A DNA stretch of 64,000 nt from Opitutales bacterium (GCA_965226885.1 CBDDEL010000011.1:256001-320000); one strand, 5' to 3'. Positions 10,023-20,343 are shown, counted from the stretch's first letter. A program made the numbers and translations. The notes: a model not told the origin generated them from the sequence alone.

Positions 10023-11526
10023 AAAGCCCCTCCTGGAATCTTGAGCAGTTCGCTGTAGGCACCGAGGTCAGGGGCGGCCACACGGACGTGACGCAGGTGT
10101 GGATGGCCGTCCAGCCGGAAGGTTCTGCTCCCGTAGTCTTCCTGAGGATAGAGATACTGGGCGATGGCCTCACGAGTCAGTCCCCCCACCCGCAGGGCCG
10201 AGACGACGGCCTGCTGCAAGGCCGCCATGGGGTGTTTCTCCAACAGCCGCAGCACCCGGATATACTCCCGGGTGCCTTCGCCCCCGCATTGGCTTTCGAG
10301 CCGGCGTCTGAGGACCTGCAGGCACTGCGGCAACTGCCAGCCCGAGAGTGGGCGGGCGAAGTCCAAAGCGCCCGGTTTTTTCTCCAGCAAAGCCAGGTAG
10401 TGCACCGGCTCGAAAGAGACTTGCTCTTTATCCCAAATGCGGCGGTGCCGGGCCACCTCTTGGCCCCCACAGAAGATCATCACCTGCCGACAGGACCCTT
10501 CCACCACCACCGGATGGTGGGCGCAGCGCACCGGCACCGAATAGTCGTTGCACTCGAAGCGCACCAGCGAGAGGCTGCTGACGCAGGTCGAGCGTTTGCG
10601 GCTCGCTTCAAAGGGTATGGGCGGCAACGCCAGCATGACGGCGCGCTCCTCGGCCAGCAGTTCCTTTTTCACCGCCCTTTTCCCGCGTAATTTACGCTCC
10701 ATGTCCCGCTCACATGCCTCCAACAGCTTTGCGTTGAGTTCCTCCAGGTCCCGAACCTGCGGTACCGGTACCAGGAAGTTGGCCCGGGCATAACGCACGA
10801 TCCCCTCGACCACGCCCTTCTCGTTGGGCCGGGCGGGCAGACAGAAGTGTTCCTCGAACAGGTAATGGCTCTGTAGCTGCAGAAACCCGTCGGTCAGCTT
10901 GCGTTCACGCGAACCGATAATCTTACCCACCGCCACCTTCGAGTTGTCATAGCTGATGCGCCGGGGCACCGCCCCGAAAAACTCAAAAGCTCGCAGGTGC
11001 CCCTCCCAGAAGCTCTCCGTGCACTCCCGTTCGAACACCTGCACGAAAAAGGCATCGCTGTAGGGCAGGCTCATGGCAAAAAATGGCCGCCTACGCAATT
11101 GCCCCGCCTCCTTCACCAGGGCATGACCGAAGTCCACCTGTCCCTCCCCGGGGCGGTGCTCCAGCGGCACGAACACTTCCCGCCGCCTCGCTCGCGCAGC
11201 TCGGCCACCACCTCCTTGACCGCCGTGTAGCCCCCTTGGTAGCCCTTCTCCCGACCCAAACGCTGGTAGATCCGTTTGGCCGTATGGCGCTGCTTCTTGG
11301 GCACGTTCCGGTCCGCTTTGAGCACCTCCTCGATCCAGCCCACATACGGATCGATCTTGCGCTCTCGCCTCTTCTTGCGCCGGTATCCCGGCGGCTGGGA
11401 ATAGGCCAGCATCTTTCCCAGGGTCTCCCAGTGCAGTCCCTCTTCTCGCATTACAGAGCGCTTGCTCTGCTTGTCCCGCAGCACTTTGTGCCGCACTCTT
11501 GTCCATTGCTTCATATCTCGATACAC
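10019..11526 (-). pseudogene. istA: IS21 transposase with one frameshift near 11185-11195
   Basis: The N-terminus MYRDMKQW...KKQRHTAKRIYQRL (ORF 11113-11526) and the catalytic part EVFVPL..QVDFG..YDN..NEKGVVE lie in different frames. Confidence 0.85.
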
Positions 11527-11973
11527 TCCTCCTTTCTAGGATAAGCGTACCGGTTTTAAAGCGCCCTCTTTACCGTACCGGTTTTTCCCCGGCGTTTACA
11601 TTCGTGGCGATGGCTGCGGTTGGTCATCCATAAAGCCGAACACACCGCACAGGGGTCCAACCCGCGCTTCGTGGTGACGAACCTGCCGGGCGATCCCCAG
11701 GAGCTTTACGACAAGGTATACTGTGGCCGCGGTGAAATGGAGAACCGAATCAAGGAACAGATGCAATTGTTCAGCGAGCGCACCAGCGCCCATCAATGGT
11801 GGGCCAATCAGTGGCGAGTGCTCTTGTCGGCGCTGGCCTACACCTTGATGGAAGCCATGCGCCGGTTAGCCTTAAAAGGGACGAAGTGGGCGCGGGCCCA
11901 ATGCCACACCCTGCGGCTCAAATTAATCAAGATCGGAGCGGTCATCGTGCGCAACACCCGAACGATTCACTTT

Positions 11974-13298
11974 TGATGTGCACTGGAAAAAGTGGACACG
12001 AGATTCTCCTAAATGGAGAATCGAAGCATGGGAAGAAGACGCAGTATAGAGTTCAAAAATGAGGCAGTTCAACTGATGATACTCGATGGTCTGAGCGCCA
12101 CCGAGGTATCGACCAAACTTGGGGTCAACACCAACCAATTGTATAGGTGGAAGAGGCTCTATCTGGACGATCAGCAGGGCGAAGCCACCTCAAAGCGACA
12201 GAGCAGTCCGAAGGAGATGGCGGCCGAGATAGATCGTCTTCGCAAAGAGCTGCGCCGCTCGGAGCGGATCAACCAGATACTAAAAAAAACGGTGGGCTAC
12301 TTTGCCAAGGACGAACAATGAAGTACCAGTTTGTCAAAGACAACGAGGGGCGCTTCAAGATCGAGGAAATATGCTCGGCGATGGGGATTTGTCGCAGTGG
12401 CTATTACTGCTGGAGGCACCGAGCGCCCTCGGCCCGGCGGATCGAGGACGAGGGAATCAAGGGGGCGATCCTGAAGGTACACAAAGAGGCCAAGGGCCGC
12501 TATGGGCATCGGCCAATGCACCGCCATCTGAAGGATGATGAGGGCATCGATTGCGGCCGTGACCGGGCTCTGCGTCTGATGCGTGAAATGGGAATCAAAA
12601 GCACCCAGAGTAAACGCTTTAAGCCATTAAAAACCAACAGTAACCATCCCTATGGTTACAGCCCCAATGTGCTTAAAAAGCATGGCCAGCCGACCCATAT
12701 CGACGAGGTCTGGGTGGCGGACACGACCTACCTACGGACCCTGGCCGGTTGGATGTACTTGGCCACGGTGATGGACCTGTTCAGCCGACGCCTGCTGGGC
12801 TGGAGCGTTTCCAACCACAACGACGCGAAGCTGGTTGGCAAGGCCCTCAAAGCCGCGGCCATGACCCGCGGCACACTGCGCACCGGGATTATTCATCACA
12901 GCGATCGGGGCAGCCCCTACGCCAGCGACGACTATCAGAGGCTGGTCTCTGAACTAGGCATGAAGCCGAGCATGAGCGCCCAAGGCAACTGCTACGACAA
13001 CGCGGCCATGGAATCGTTCTACGGCCGCTTCAAGACCAGCACGATTCGAGGCCGCCACTTTGCCGACGAGCGCGAACTGCGATCAACTGTCTTCGAATAC
13101 GTGGAAATCTTCTACAACCGATATCGCAAACATTCCTCTCTGAGTTACCAAAGCCCAGTCCAATTCGAGGAAAATATTTGCCCCCCATGGGGGGCAACGA
13201 GAAAACAAAACCCTTTACCAAAACAAGCCGCCTGACACACTAATCAATAAACAATGAATATAAGAGAATCCCGTGTCCAACAAATCCAGTACACGTCA
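11974..13298 (+). mobile_element. IS3-family element copy 1 (orfA 12013-12321, orfB 12318-13235)
   Basis: TG...CA ends with imperfect IRs; 4-bp TSD cttt; A8 slippery run and ATGA overlap; orfB motifs WVADTTY, HHSDRGS and YDNAAMESF; 3-bp deletion in orfA relative to the other copies. Confidence 0.93.
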
Positions 13299-13540
13299 CT
13301 TTCACCTAAGTGAGAGTTATCCTTGGGCCAGTCTTTTCAACCATGCGGCCCGCCGATTGGTGCCAACCTAAAGGGTGCATTGGTGCTGCCCCCGGCACTA
13401 CCGAACCAATGGGGGAAAGGGGGCAGTGTCTCTACACCCTGAAAAACACCTAAAAATCAAGACGATCTGCTCAAAATACAAAGAAATCCATCTCCAATAG
13501 CAATAACGAGCCAAACTTTACCCTTCATGAAATATCCGGG

Positions 13541-13764
13541 CTAACAGGATTTCTGGGGTCCTTTGTGTGTTTCCCTACTTCGGCGCGATCCAAGACTAGC
13601 CTTAACCATTCAGTCCGCGTTTTTTTATGTTTTTCCGGATGAGGTATTTCACCGTCAGGAATTTCCAGATAACGCGTCGTTCCAGGTTCATTACCAAATG
13701 AAGCTTCTTTCCCTTTAGGTTTTTTTATATTTCTCACGCTGATAAAAAAATTCGTCATAGTCAT
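13541..13764 (-). pseudogene. N-terminal fragment of the DUF900-like hydrolase
   Basis: ATG preceded by an aaaggag RBS; MTMTNFFISVRNIK...RNPV ends at the IS1380 IR; AT-rich like the other two fragments. Confidence 0.65.
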
Positions 13765-14011
13765 AATTTACTCCTTTGGGTTGATGTTTTGTTGTAGGCT
13801 AATGTATTGCGGGCAGCAACTACGCAACCCATGATTAGGTTGCATGATAAAAATTTTGTCTGAGAGTATTGCAAGTTAGTTTGCAATTATTTTTCCGAGA
13901 TGAGAATTTATCAGAACTCCGCAATTTGCATTATTTGGATGGGAGGCTGAAAGTGGATGAGAGGGGCGATGATAATGATTTTTTGGCTTTGTTTCGCGCC
14001 TTTCTTGATTA

Positions 14012-16015
14012 TTGCAAATTGGGGGTTCCTTGATATCGCTAATACTTGATCTTGTGATACTTGTAATTCTATTGAATTTTTTTGGGCGGATTCTGGCGTT
14101 TTTTCCGGAGGCAGTGGCGCGGTGTGTCTGCTGCCTGTTGGGCGATCTTATCTTTTTTGCCCCGACGGGGCGGCGGGTGGTGCTTTTGTCCAATCTTCAC
14201 CATGCTTTTCCCGAAAAAACCGAAAGCTGGCGGCGTAGTATCGGGCGGGAGAGCTGCCGGCGGCTGGTGGAGACCGCTCTGTTTGCGATGGCTTCGCCTT
14301 ATTTTGATGAGAAACGCTGGCAGCGGGTGTTGACGATGCCGGAATCAACGCGGGCGGTGGTGGAGAAATTGAAAAGCGAGGAGGTGGGCGGCATCTCACT
14401 GATTCCGCATTTCACCTTGATGGAGACCTTGGCGGCGTTACCTCTTTTGATGGAGGGCCATTATTCCATGGCAACCATTTACCGGCCTTTTGACAACAAG
14501 AGCCTGGATCGTTGGTTACGCCGGTCGAGGGAACGTTTTGGGGGCCGTATGCTCTCCCGCAAAAAGGGTTTCGGCGAAACCCAGCGGATGATTCGGGAGG
14601 GCGGCTGGATTGGGGTCTTGTTCGACCAAAATGCTGGCGCCCGAGGCGTGCTTACTCACTTTTTCGGACGGGTGGCATCCACGACCGAGCTGCCAGCCCT
14701 GCTCTGCCGCAAATTCGATGTTTGCGCGGTCATAACCTATGGTGAACGGATCGCTTTTTGGCGGGGCCAACTGCGTATGCAGGTTCTCGATTATGCAAAC
14801 ACTCGGGAGGGCTTGATCCTGGCCTCCAATCGCTGGCTGGAAAACCATTTGAAATCTTCCGACAATGCCTGCGCGGACTGGCTTTGGCTGCACGACCGGT
14901 GGAAGACGCAGGATAATCCGATGAGGCGGCTTCGCCTGGAGCACAAGAAGAGCTATCTGGAGCCGTATCTTCGTTTTTGCGGGATGGAGAAGCATCCGAG
15001 GCAGACGCGCATTTGGGTGCGCATGCCGAACTGGCTGGGGGATGTGGTGATGGCCCTGCCGCTGCTCGAAGCCATCCGGGTTGGGAGGCCGGAGGCGGAA
15101 ATCACCGTGTTGGCTCGCGACGGTTTTCTGCCGCTTTTGCAACAACTGCCGTTTATCGATAATGTGATTCTCCTACCGGAAAAGAGTTATTCCTGGGCCT
15201 ATTTCGGATTTTTCCGGAACCTGAAACATCAATACCCGGACACCATTTTGCTATTGACCAACTCCTTGCGGGGAGATTTGGAAGCCTGGTTGACGGGCTG
15301 TCCCCAGTGTTTCGGAATGCTGCGCCGGGAAAAATGGCGGCCGCTGCTGACCCATCGCTGGAAGCTGCCCCCGGAACTGGATGAAACCAAGGTTCATCAA
15401 ACCAGGGTCTGGGAACAGTATCTGCGCTATTTCGGTTTGGCGGAGCCGCTCCATCTGGAGCCGGTATTTAACTGGCGGGAGGTCGAAAAGACGGGGCCTG
15501 TAGCGGATCTTGCAAAAATCGGATTGATCTGCGGGACGGAGAATCAACCTGAGAAACGCTGGCCGGTGGCCCGGTGGAGGGACCTGATCGAGCAACTGTT
15601 GTCGCACAATGAAAACCTGAGTTTCGTCCTTTTTGGAACGATCAATGACCGGCCTATTACGGATTCAGTGGCAAAAGGTTTGCCTGGCGAACTGGTTGAA
15701 AATCTGGCCGGTGAGACGAATCTGGCCGCCTTTTTGGAAAAATTACGGGAATGCCGCCTACTGTTGGGAAACGATACGGGAGGCGTCCACCTGGCCAATG
15801 CCCTGGGTGTGCCGGTGGTGGTTGTTTGCGGCCCCACCAATCCGCTGCGCACCGGCCCGGTATTTAAGGCTCCCGTGACCATCCTGCAACCGCCCGACTG
15901 CCCCCCGGAAGGCGGGATGCCGATTGATGAAGTGGCCGTGGAAAGGGTTGCCGAGGCGGCCCTTAAGCTATTTAAAGCGGAAAATGAGCAAAGTACCATG
16001 AATCCGACGCCGTGA
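14012..16015 (+). CDS. Fusion of a lipid A acyltransferase (LpxL/HtrB-like) and an ADP-heptose:LPS heptosyltransferase II (GT9, WaaF-like); start uncertain
   Basis: N-half motifs NLHHAFPE, IYRPFDN, LFDQNAG and WLWLHDRWK; C-half motifs RMPNWLGDVVMALP, KRWP, NLAGETNL and GNDTGGVHLANALG. Confidence 0.85.
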   Translation: MQIGGSLISLILDLVILVILLNFFGRILAFFPEAVARCVCCLLGDLIFFAPTGRRVVLLSNLHHAFPEKTESWRRSIGRESCRRLVETALFAMASPYFDEKRWQRVLTMPESTRAVVEKLKSEEVGGISLIPHFTLMETLAALPLLMEGHYSMATIYRPFDNKSLDRWLRRSRERFGGRMLSRKKGFGETQRMIREGGWIGVLFDQNAGARGVLTHFFGRVASTTELPALLCRKFDVCAVITYGERIAFWRGQLRMQVLDYANTREGLILASNRWLENHLKSSDNACADWLWLHDRWKTQDNPMRRLRLEHKKSYLEPYLRFCGMEKHPRQTRIWVRMPNWLGDVVMALPLLEAIRVGRPEAEITVLARDGFLPLLQQLPFIDNVILLPEKSYSWAYFGFFRNLKHQYPDTILLLTNSLRGDLEAWLTGCPQCFGMLRREKWRPLLTHRWKLPPELDETKVHQTRVWEQYLRYFGLAEPLHLEPVFNWREVEKTGPVADLAKIGLICGTENQPEKRWPVARWRDLIEQLLSHNENLSFVLFGTINDRPITDSVAKGLPGELVENLAGETNLAAFLEKLRECRLLLGNDTGGVHLANALGVPVVVVCGPTNPLRTGPVFKAPVTILQPPDCPPEGGMPIDEVAVERVAEAALKLFKAENEQSTMNPTP

Positions 16016-17739
16016 AAAAACTGCTGCCTTATTTTTATCTTTTGAAGCGGGTGAAGTACGCTTTTCTGGGGGCACTGCTGGCGGGGCTTGTCTATGCGGC
16101 GATCAGTGGTTTCGGCTTGGCCTACATTTTGCAGGACATTCTACCGGAGCTTTATGGCGAGGAGGACATATCCAACTGGGCCCTGCTCCTGCTGGTGGCC
16201 AAGCTGCCGCTGGTATTTGCCCTGAGATCGATCGGGGGTTACCTGAACGCCGTACTGATAGCGTATTGCGGCTTGAAAATCCTGGAGGAAATCCGGCTCC
16301 GGGTTTTCGGGAGACTGCAGTATTTGCAATTGTCGTTTTTTCAAAAATACAACAGCGGGGACCTCCTCAGCCGGAGCATGAACGACACCGCGGTCTTGCA
16401 GCAAACAATTATCCAGGGCTCGAATGACCTGCTGATACAACCGTTTACATTGCTGGCGGCCATCGTTTATCTGGTTTGGACGGCGCTGCAAAACACGGGA
16501 TTGGGGTTCGTTCTGCTATTTTTATTGATGGTCCCGGTCTGCATCATGCCGATTCGCTACCTGGCCCGGAAATTGATCCTGCGGGCCAAGCAAGTGCAAA
16601 AGGAAATGGGGGTGGTGACGGAATATGAGCGGGAGAACCTGACCGCCATCCGCGAAGTGCGGGCCTTCAACCTGGAAAAAGAGCAAATCGAGGGTTTCAG
16701 GAAGCTGTTGCGGAAATTTTTCTATCTCCAGTTGAAGGTGACCCAATACTTCAAGGCCATCACCCCGAGCATAGAATTTATTACATCAATCGGTCTGGCT
16801 CTGGCAATTTTTTACGCCCGCAAAACGGATATCACCTTAGAGGAAGTGGTCCCCCTGGTGGTGGCGCTTTATTTTGCCTACGATCCGATCAAGAAAATCG
16901 GCGTCCTGCATGGGCAGTTGAAGAAGGGGCTGGTTTCCCTCGAACGTCTTGAAACCATTCTGGACGAGCCGATTGCCATAAAAGATGAGCCCGATGCCAT
17001 CGAGATGGAAAAAGTGGAGGGAAAAATCCGGTTTCAAAAAGTTGGGTTCAGCTACGGGGAAGGTCCGGTTTTAAAGGACGTCGACTGCCTTCTGGATGCG
17101 GGCAAGGTTTATGCCCTGGTGGGTCCGAGCGGGGCCGGCAAATCGACTTTCGCCAACCTCGTGCCCCGGTTTTTCGAGGTTAGCGCGGGGTCTATTCAAC
17201 TGGATGGGATCGACCTTCGCAAAATCAAGCTGGGGAGCCTGCGCGAGCAAATTTCGTTGGTCAGCCAGGATCCCATTCTCTTTAACGATACGATTTACAA
17301 CAATATCCTGCTGAGCCGTCCGGGAGCGAGTGGGGAAGAAATCCAGGAGGCCGCCCGCAAGGCTTACGCGCATTCGTTTATCGAGGATTTTGAAAATGGA
17401 TATGAGACGCTAGTGGGCGACCGCGGGGCACGCTTATCGGGGGGGCAAAAACAACGCGTGACCCTGGCCAGGGCTTTTCTAAAGAAGGCCCCCATTCTTA
17501 TTTTGGACGAGGCGACCTCGGCCCTCGACGGGGAGAGCGAACGGCAGATCCACGACGCCCTGGTGGAACTGGTTCGGGGAAAGACGGTCATTATTATTGC
17601 GCATCGTTTCAGCACCATTCAAATGGCAGATCTGATTTTTGTCTTCGATGAAGGGAAAATCATTGACCGCGGGACGCACGATCAACTCCATAAGAGTTGT
17701 TCATTCTACAGAAATGTCTATGACAACCGACTTTCATAA
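16012..17739 (+). CDS. msbA: MsbA-like ABC exporter (TMD+NBD)
   Basis: Motifs GPSGAGKST, LSGGQKQR, ILDEATSALD and IAHR; overlaps the LPS fusion gene. Confidence 0.75.
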   Translation: MKKLLPYFYLLKRVKYAFLGALLAGLVYAAISGFGLAYILQDILPELYGEEDISNWALLLLVAKLPLVFALRSIGGYLNAVLIAYCGLKILEEIRLRVFGRLQYLQLSFFQKYNSGDLLSRSMNDTAVLQQTIIQGSNDLLIQPFTLLAAIVYLVWTALQNTGLGFVLLFLLMVPVCIMPIRYLARKLILRAKQVQKEMGVVTEYERENLTAIREVRAFNLEKEQIEGFRKLLRKFFYLQLKVTQYFKAITPSIEFITSIGLALAIFYARKTDITLEEVVPLVVALYFAYDPIKKIGVLHGQLKKGLVSLERLETILDEPIAIKDEPDAIEMEKVEGKIRFQKVGFSYGEGPVLKDVDCLLDAGKVYALVGPSGAGKSTFANLVPRFFEVSAGSIQLDGIDLRKIKLGSLREQISLVSQDPILFNDTIYNNILLSRPGASGEEIQEAARKAYAHSFIEDFENGYETLVGDRGARLSGGQKQRVTLARAFLKKAPILILDEATSALDGESERQIHDALVELVRGKTVIIIAHRFSTIQMADLIFVFDEGKIIDRGTHDQLHKSCSFYRNVYDNRLS

Positions 17740-17760
17740 ACATCCATTTGCGGTTAAATC

Positions 17761-18477
17761 ATGAGCCCAGGCAAAGTCCTATTGTCCATTCCCGGCTTGC
17801 AGCGGGACATCGTCGAAATTGACGGCATAAAAGTGCGCGTCAAGGACCTGCCCACGAGCCGCAAAATCCGTCGTCATTTGAGACGCGGGCAATATGAAAA
17901 CCCGGAACGGGAGATGGTCAAAAAATTCCTCAAACCCGGCGACCAGGTACTCGAATTGGGCGCTTCGCTCGGCGTGGTGGCCTGTTTTATCGGTCGGCAA
18001 ACAGACCCTGGCGGACGCCTGGTCAGCGTCGAGCCCAATATCGACCTGAAACCGTTTTATGAGCGGCAAATGAAACTCAACGGCTATCAGTCAAATTGGA
18101 TCAACGTTCTCTGCTGTCCCATCTGGGAAAACGAACTGCCCTCCCTGACCGCTTTGAAGGTTTATTTCCCTTCCGAGGATAACCGCTTGGGCCGGGCCAA
18201 GCCAAGCGCCGATGGGGGCCGCGACATTCCCTGGGAAACGGCCGAAGCGGTCTGCCAGGAATATTCGCTGGAACCCGATGCCGTCGTTATGGATATCGAA
18301 GGGGCGGAAGAGGTCTGGACAAAAATACCTCCCTGTTTTCCACCCTCGGTGCTGATCGTCATTGCGGAATTCCACCACCAGATTTACGGAATCGAAACCT
18401 CCGTGCAGGCGGTGCTCGATGATGGCTTTAAAATGGCCGCCTATCAGCACAATGTGATCGCTTTCGAAAGAAGTTAA
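17761..18477 (+). CDS. FkbM-family SAM-dependent methyltransferase
   Basis: Motifs VLELGASLG, VSVEPN and MDIEGAE. Confidence 0.8.
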   Translation: MSPGKVLLSIPGLQRDIVEIDGIKVRVKDLPTSRKIRRHLRRGQYENPEREMVKKFLKPGDQVLELGASLGVVACFIGRQTDPGGRLVSVEPNIDLKPFYERQMKLNGYQSNWINVLCCPIWENELPSLTALKVYFPSEDNRLGRAKPSADGGRDIPWETAEAVCQEYSLEPDAVVMDIEGAEEVWTKIPPCFPPSVLIVIAEFHHQIYGIETSVQAVLDDGFKMAAYQHNVIAFERS

Positions 18478-18522
18478 TTGGGCTTTCGATTTACTGGATA
18501 AATACCTCGACCTCAAGAGTAA

Positions 18523-19206
18523 ATGGATGTTCGGGCCATAACCTTCGATGCGGGAGGGACGCTGATCCGGCCCTACCCATCGGTGGGCGAGATTTACTTT
18601 GAGACGCTGAGAGGTTTTGGGATCGAAGTCGATCCGCAGGAAGTGGAAAAAGATTTTCGAGTCGCTTTTAATGAAACGGTTCGGAGAGGGAATGATAAAA
18701 GGGTCAGTAACGAGTCTGAACGGGTGTTTTGGCAGAGGGTGGTTCGGAATTGTCTGGGCCGGCATATTCCTCCCGATATTTTCGATAAGGTATTCGATGA
18801 ACTCTACGACACATTCGTCTCGGCAAGCCGCTGGCAACTGGCCGAAGATGCCCTGCCAATCCTGAAAGAGTTGCGCCACCGCGGCTACCGCCTGGCCATC
18901 CTGAGCAACGCCGACAGCCGGTTCTGCCAAGTATTCAAGGAAATGGGTCTGACCGACCTGATGGAGGCAATTTTTATCTCCAGCGAAATCGGTTACGAAA
19001 AACCCGACCTCAGAATATTCCGGCACGTTGAAAAAACCCTCAAATTGTCCCCGCCGCAGATCCTCCACATCGGCGACAGCCCCCGCCACGACGCCGAGGG
19101 CGCCGCCAACGCCGGCTGGCAATACCGGTTGCTCAAGTATGAAACCTCCCACCTGGAATATCCGTGCATCAACACTTTGGGCGAAATTCTCGGGGTAGTT
19201 TCATAA
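18523..19206 (+). CDS. HAD-superfamily hydrolase (subfamily IA)
   Basis: Motifs FDAGGTL, ILSNAD, EKPD and HIGDS..HD..GA. Confidence 0.9.
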   Translation: MDVRAITFDAGGTLIRPYPSVGEIYFETLRGFGIEVDPQEVEKDFRVAFNETVRRGNDKRVSNESERVFWQRVVRNCLGRHIPPDIFDKVFDELYDTFVSASRWQLAEDALPILKELRHRGYRLAILSNADSRFCQVFKEMGLTDLMEAIFISSEIGYEKPDLRIFRHVEKTLKLSPPQILHIGDSPRHDAEGAANAGWQYRLLKYETSHLEYPCINTLGEILGVVS

Positions 19207-19272
19207 GAGCCTCGATTGGCGGCTTGGCGTATATTCGTCCTTGCCTCGGTGAAAGGGCTACTTTTTTCTAAT

Positions 19273-19308
19273 GTAAACACTCGCGCCGCCGTAAACACTC
19301 GCGCCGCC
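19273..19308 (+). repeat. Perfect 18-bp tandem duplication
   Basis: gtaaacactcgcgccgcc x2. Confidence 0.95.
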
Positions 19309-19323
19309 TACCGAAATCAAAGA

Positions 19324-19692
19324 ATGAAATATTCACGCAAGGTTGAAAATTTGATAGCCAACTTGCGTTCTCTACCGGAGGATAAAAATCGATCCTTCCT
19401 GAGCGAGCCGTTTAAGGCGGACACCCTGATGGAGGTCATTCTGGAGCGGCACAATCTGGGCAAACCGAGGCCCGAACAGGTCATCCTGGAAAACTGGAAG
19501 CATATCATGGGGGTGGAGAATGCTCCGCGCACCTTTCCCACGAAGATCATCCGCAAGCGGCGACTGCTGGTCTCCGTGGCCAACGCCACCTTGCGGCAGG
19601 AAATCTCCTTTCATCGGCACATGATACTTAATCGTATACGGCGTCTGCCCGGTTGTGAGGGGATTAAAGAACTGACGTTTACGACTGGGTAG
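19324..19692 (+). CDS. DUF721/DciA-family protein
   Basis: Pattern ILENWKHIMG..A.RTFP.KI...LLVSVANATLRQEI.F....IL. Confidence 0.7.
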   Translation: MKYSRKVENLIANLRSLPEDKNRSFLSEPFKADTLMEVILERHNLGKPRPEQVILENWKHIMGVENAPRTFPTKIIRKRRLLVSVANATLRQEISFHRHMILNRIRRLPGCEGIKELTFTTG

Positions 19693-19703
19693 GAAAAAGG
19701 AGA

Positions 19704-19779
19704 CAGGTGTCAGGTTTCAGGTGTCAGGTTTCGAAAATTGCGCATCCTGCATCCCCACGATTCCTGAAACCTGAGACCT
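19704..19779. repeat. Heptamer-based (caggtgt/caggttt) direct repeat with an inverted partner
   Basis: (caggtgtcaggttt)x2 at 19704-19731; cctgaaacctgagacct at 19763-19779 is the reverse complement with 1 mismatch. Confidence 0.75.
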
Positions 19780-19860
19780 TTTAATAATTTGCTTGCCAAG
19801 ATGGACGGGAAAGCCATTTTCTTCACTTTCGCGTTGAGAAGAGTGTCTCCAGAGGGGCTT

Positions 19861-19964
19861 TTCCGCGGCTTGTCCGGTTGAATTTTCGAGGCCGGATGAA
19901 ACGGTGATTCCGGCTTGGGCTGGAACACGGATTCGGTATCCACCCAATCCCTTCAAGCCGTGAA
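19861..19964 (+). promoter_or_regulatory. Structured rpsO leader (candidate S15 autoregulatory RNA)
   Basis: Nested complementary segments 19861-19872/19954-19964, 19873-19877/19892-19896 and 19915-19924/19939-19947. Confidence 0.45.
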
Positions 19965-19978
19965 ATAGAGTAAGGAAA

Positions 19979-20245
19979 ATGACAACTACAATAATAAAAG
20001 AACCGATTATAAAGGACTATCGAAAGCACGATAATGACACGGGATCCTGCGAGGTGCAAATCGCCTTGTTGACCGCGAGGGTGAATCATTTAACGCAACA
20101 TTTGCGCACCCATCGAAAAGATTATCATTCCCGTCGCGGCCTCATAGCTATGACAAGCCGCCGCAGAAAGCTGCTGGATTACGTAAAAAAGCACGACGTC
20201 GAAAAATATCAAGAACTACTAAAACGCCTCAACTTACGCCGCTAA
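19979..20245 (+). CDS. rpsO: 30S ribosomal protein S15
   Basis: Motifs DTGSCEVQIALLT, HRKDYHSRRGL and RRKLLDY. Confidence 0.98.
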   Translation: MTTTIIKEPIIKDYRKHDNDTGSCEVQIALLTARVNHLTQHLRTHRKDYHSRRGLIAMTSRRRKLLDYVKKHDVEKYQELLKRLNLRR

Positions 20246-20343
20246 AGGCAGGCTTATCCAAAGCCATCCGAGGGTAGCCTTTTCATCCAGTATTCCGGGA
20301 TTTAACCCGGATGGATACGCGCCGAACCGATCGGTGCAAGCTC

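Larger units (their letters stand above)
9082..11600 (-). mobile_element. IS21-family element (2519 bp)
   Basis: Ends tgtaaacgccggg / cccggcgtttaca; repeated aaaccggtacg subterminal motifs; 6-bp TSD ttcgtg at 9076-9081 and 11601-11606. Confidence 0.93.
8120..13540 (+). mobile_element. IS1380 copy interrupted by IS21 and IS3 insertions (transposase pieces at 8207-9081, 11607-11973 and 13303-13371)
   Basis: Both IRs are present; the sequence resumes exactly after each nested element; flanks ttag and ctaa. Confidence 0.93.

Noticed and set aside
11180..11200. Programmed frameshift in istA
   Set aside because: There is no slippery sequence and only one copy; a mutation or sequencing error is simpler
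4455..13540. Composite transposon carrying cargo genes
   Set aside because: The DNA between the IS1380 copies is only a host gene fragment plus another IS, and the flanks indicate an inversion
18091..19152. 353-aa minus-strand ORF and many similar long antisense ORFs (e.g. 2120-2863, 51022-51921, 53370-54104)
   Set aside because: They are shadows of well-supported genes on the opposite strand in GC-rich DNA and have no recognisable motifs
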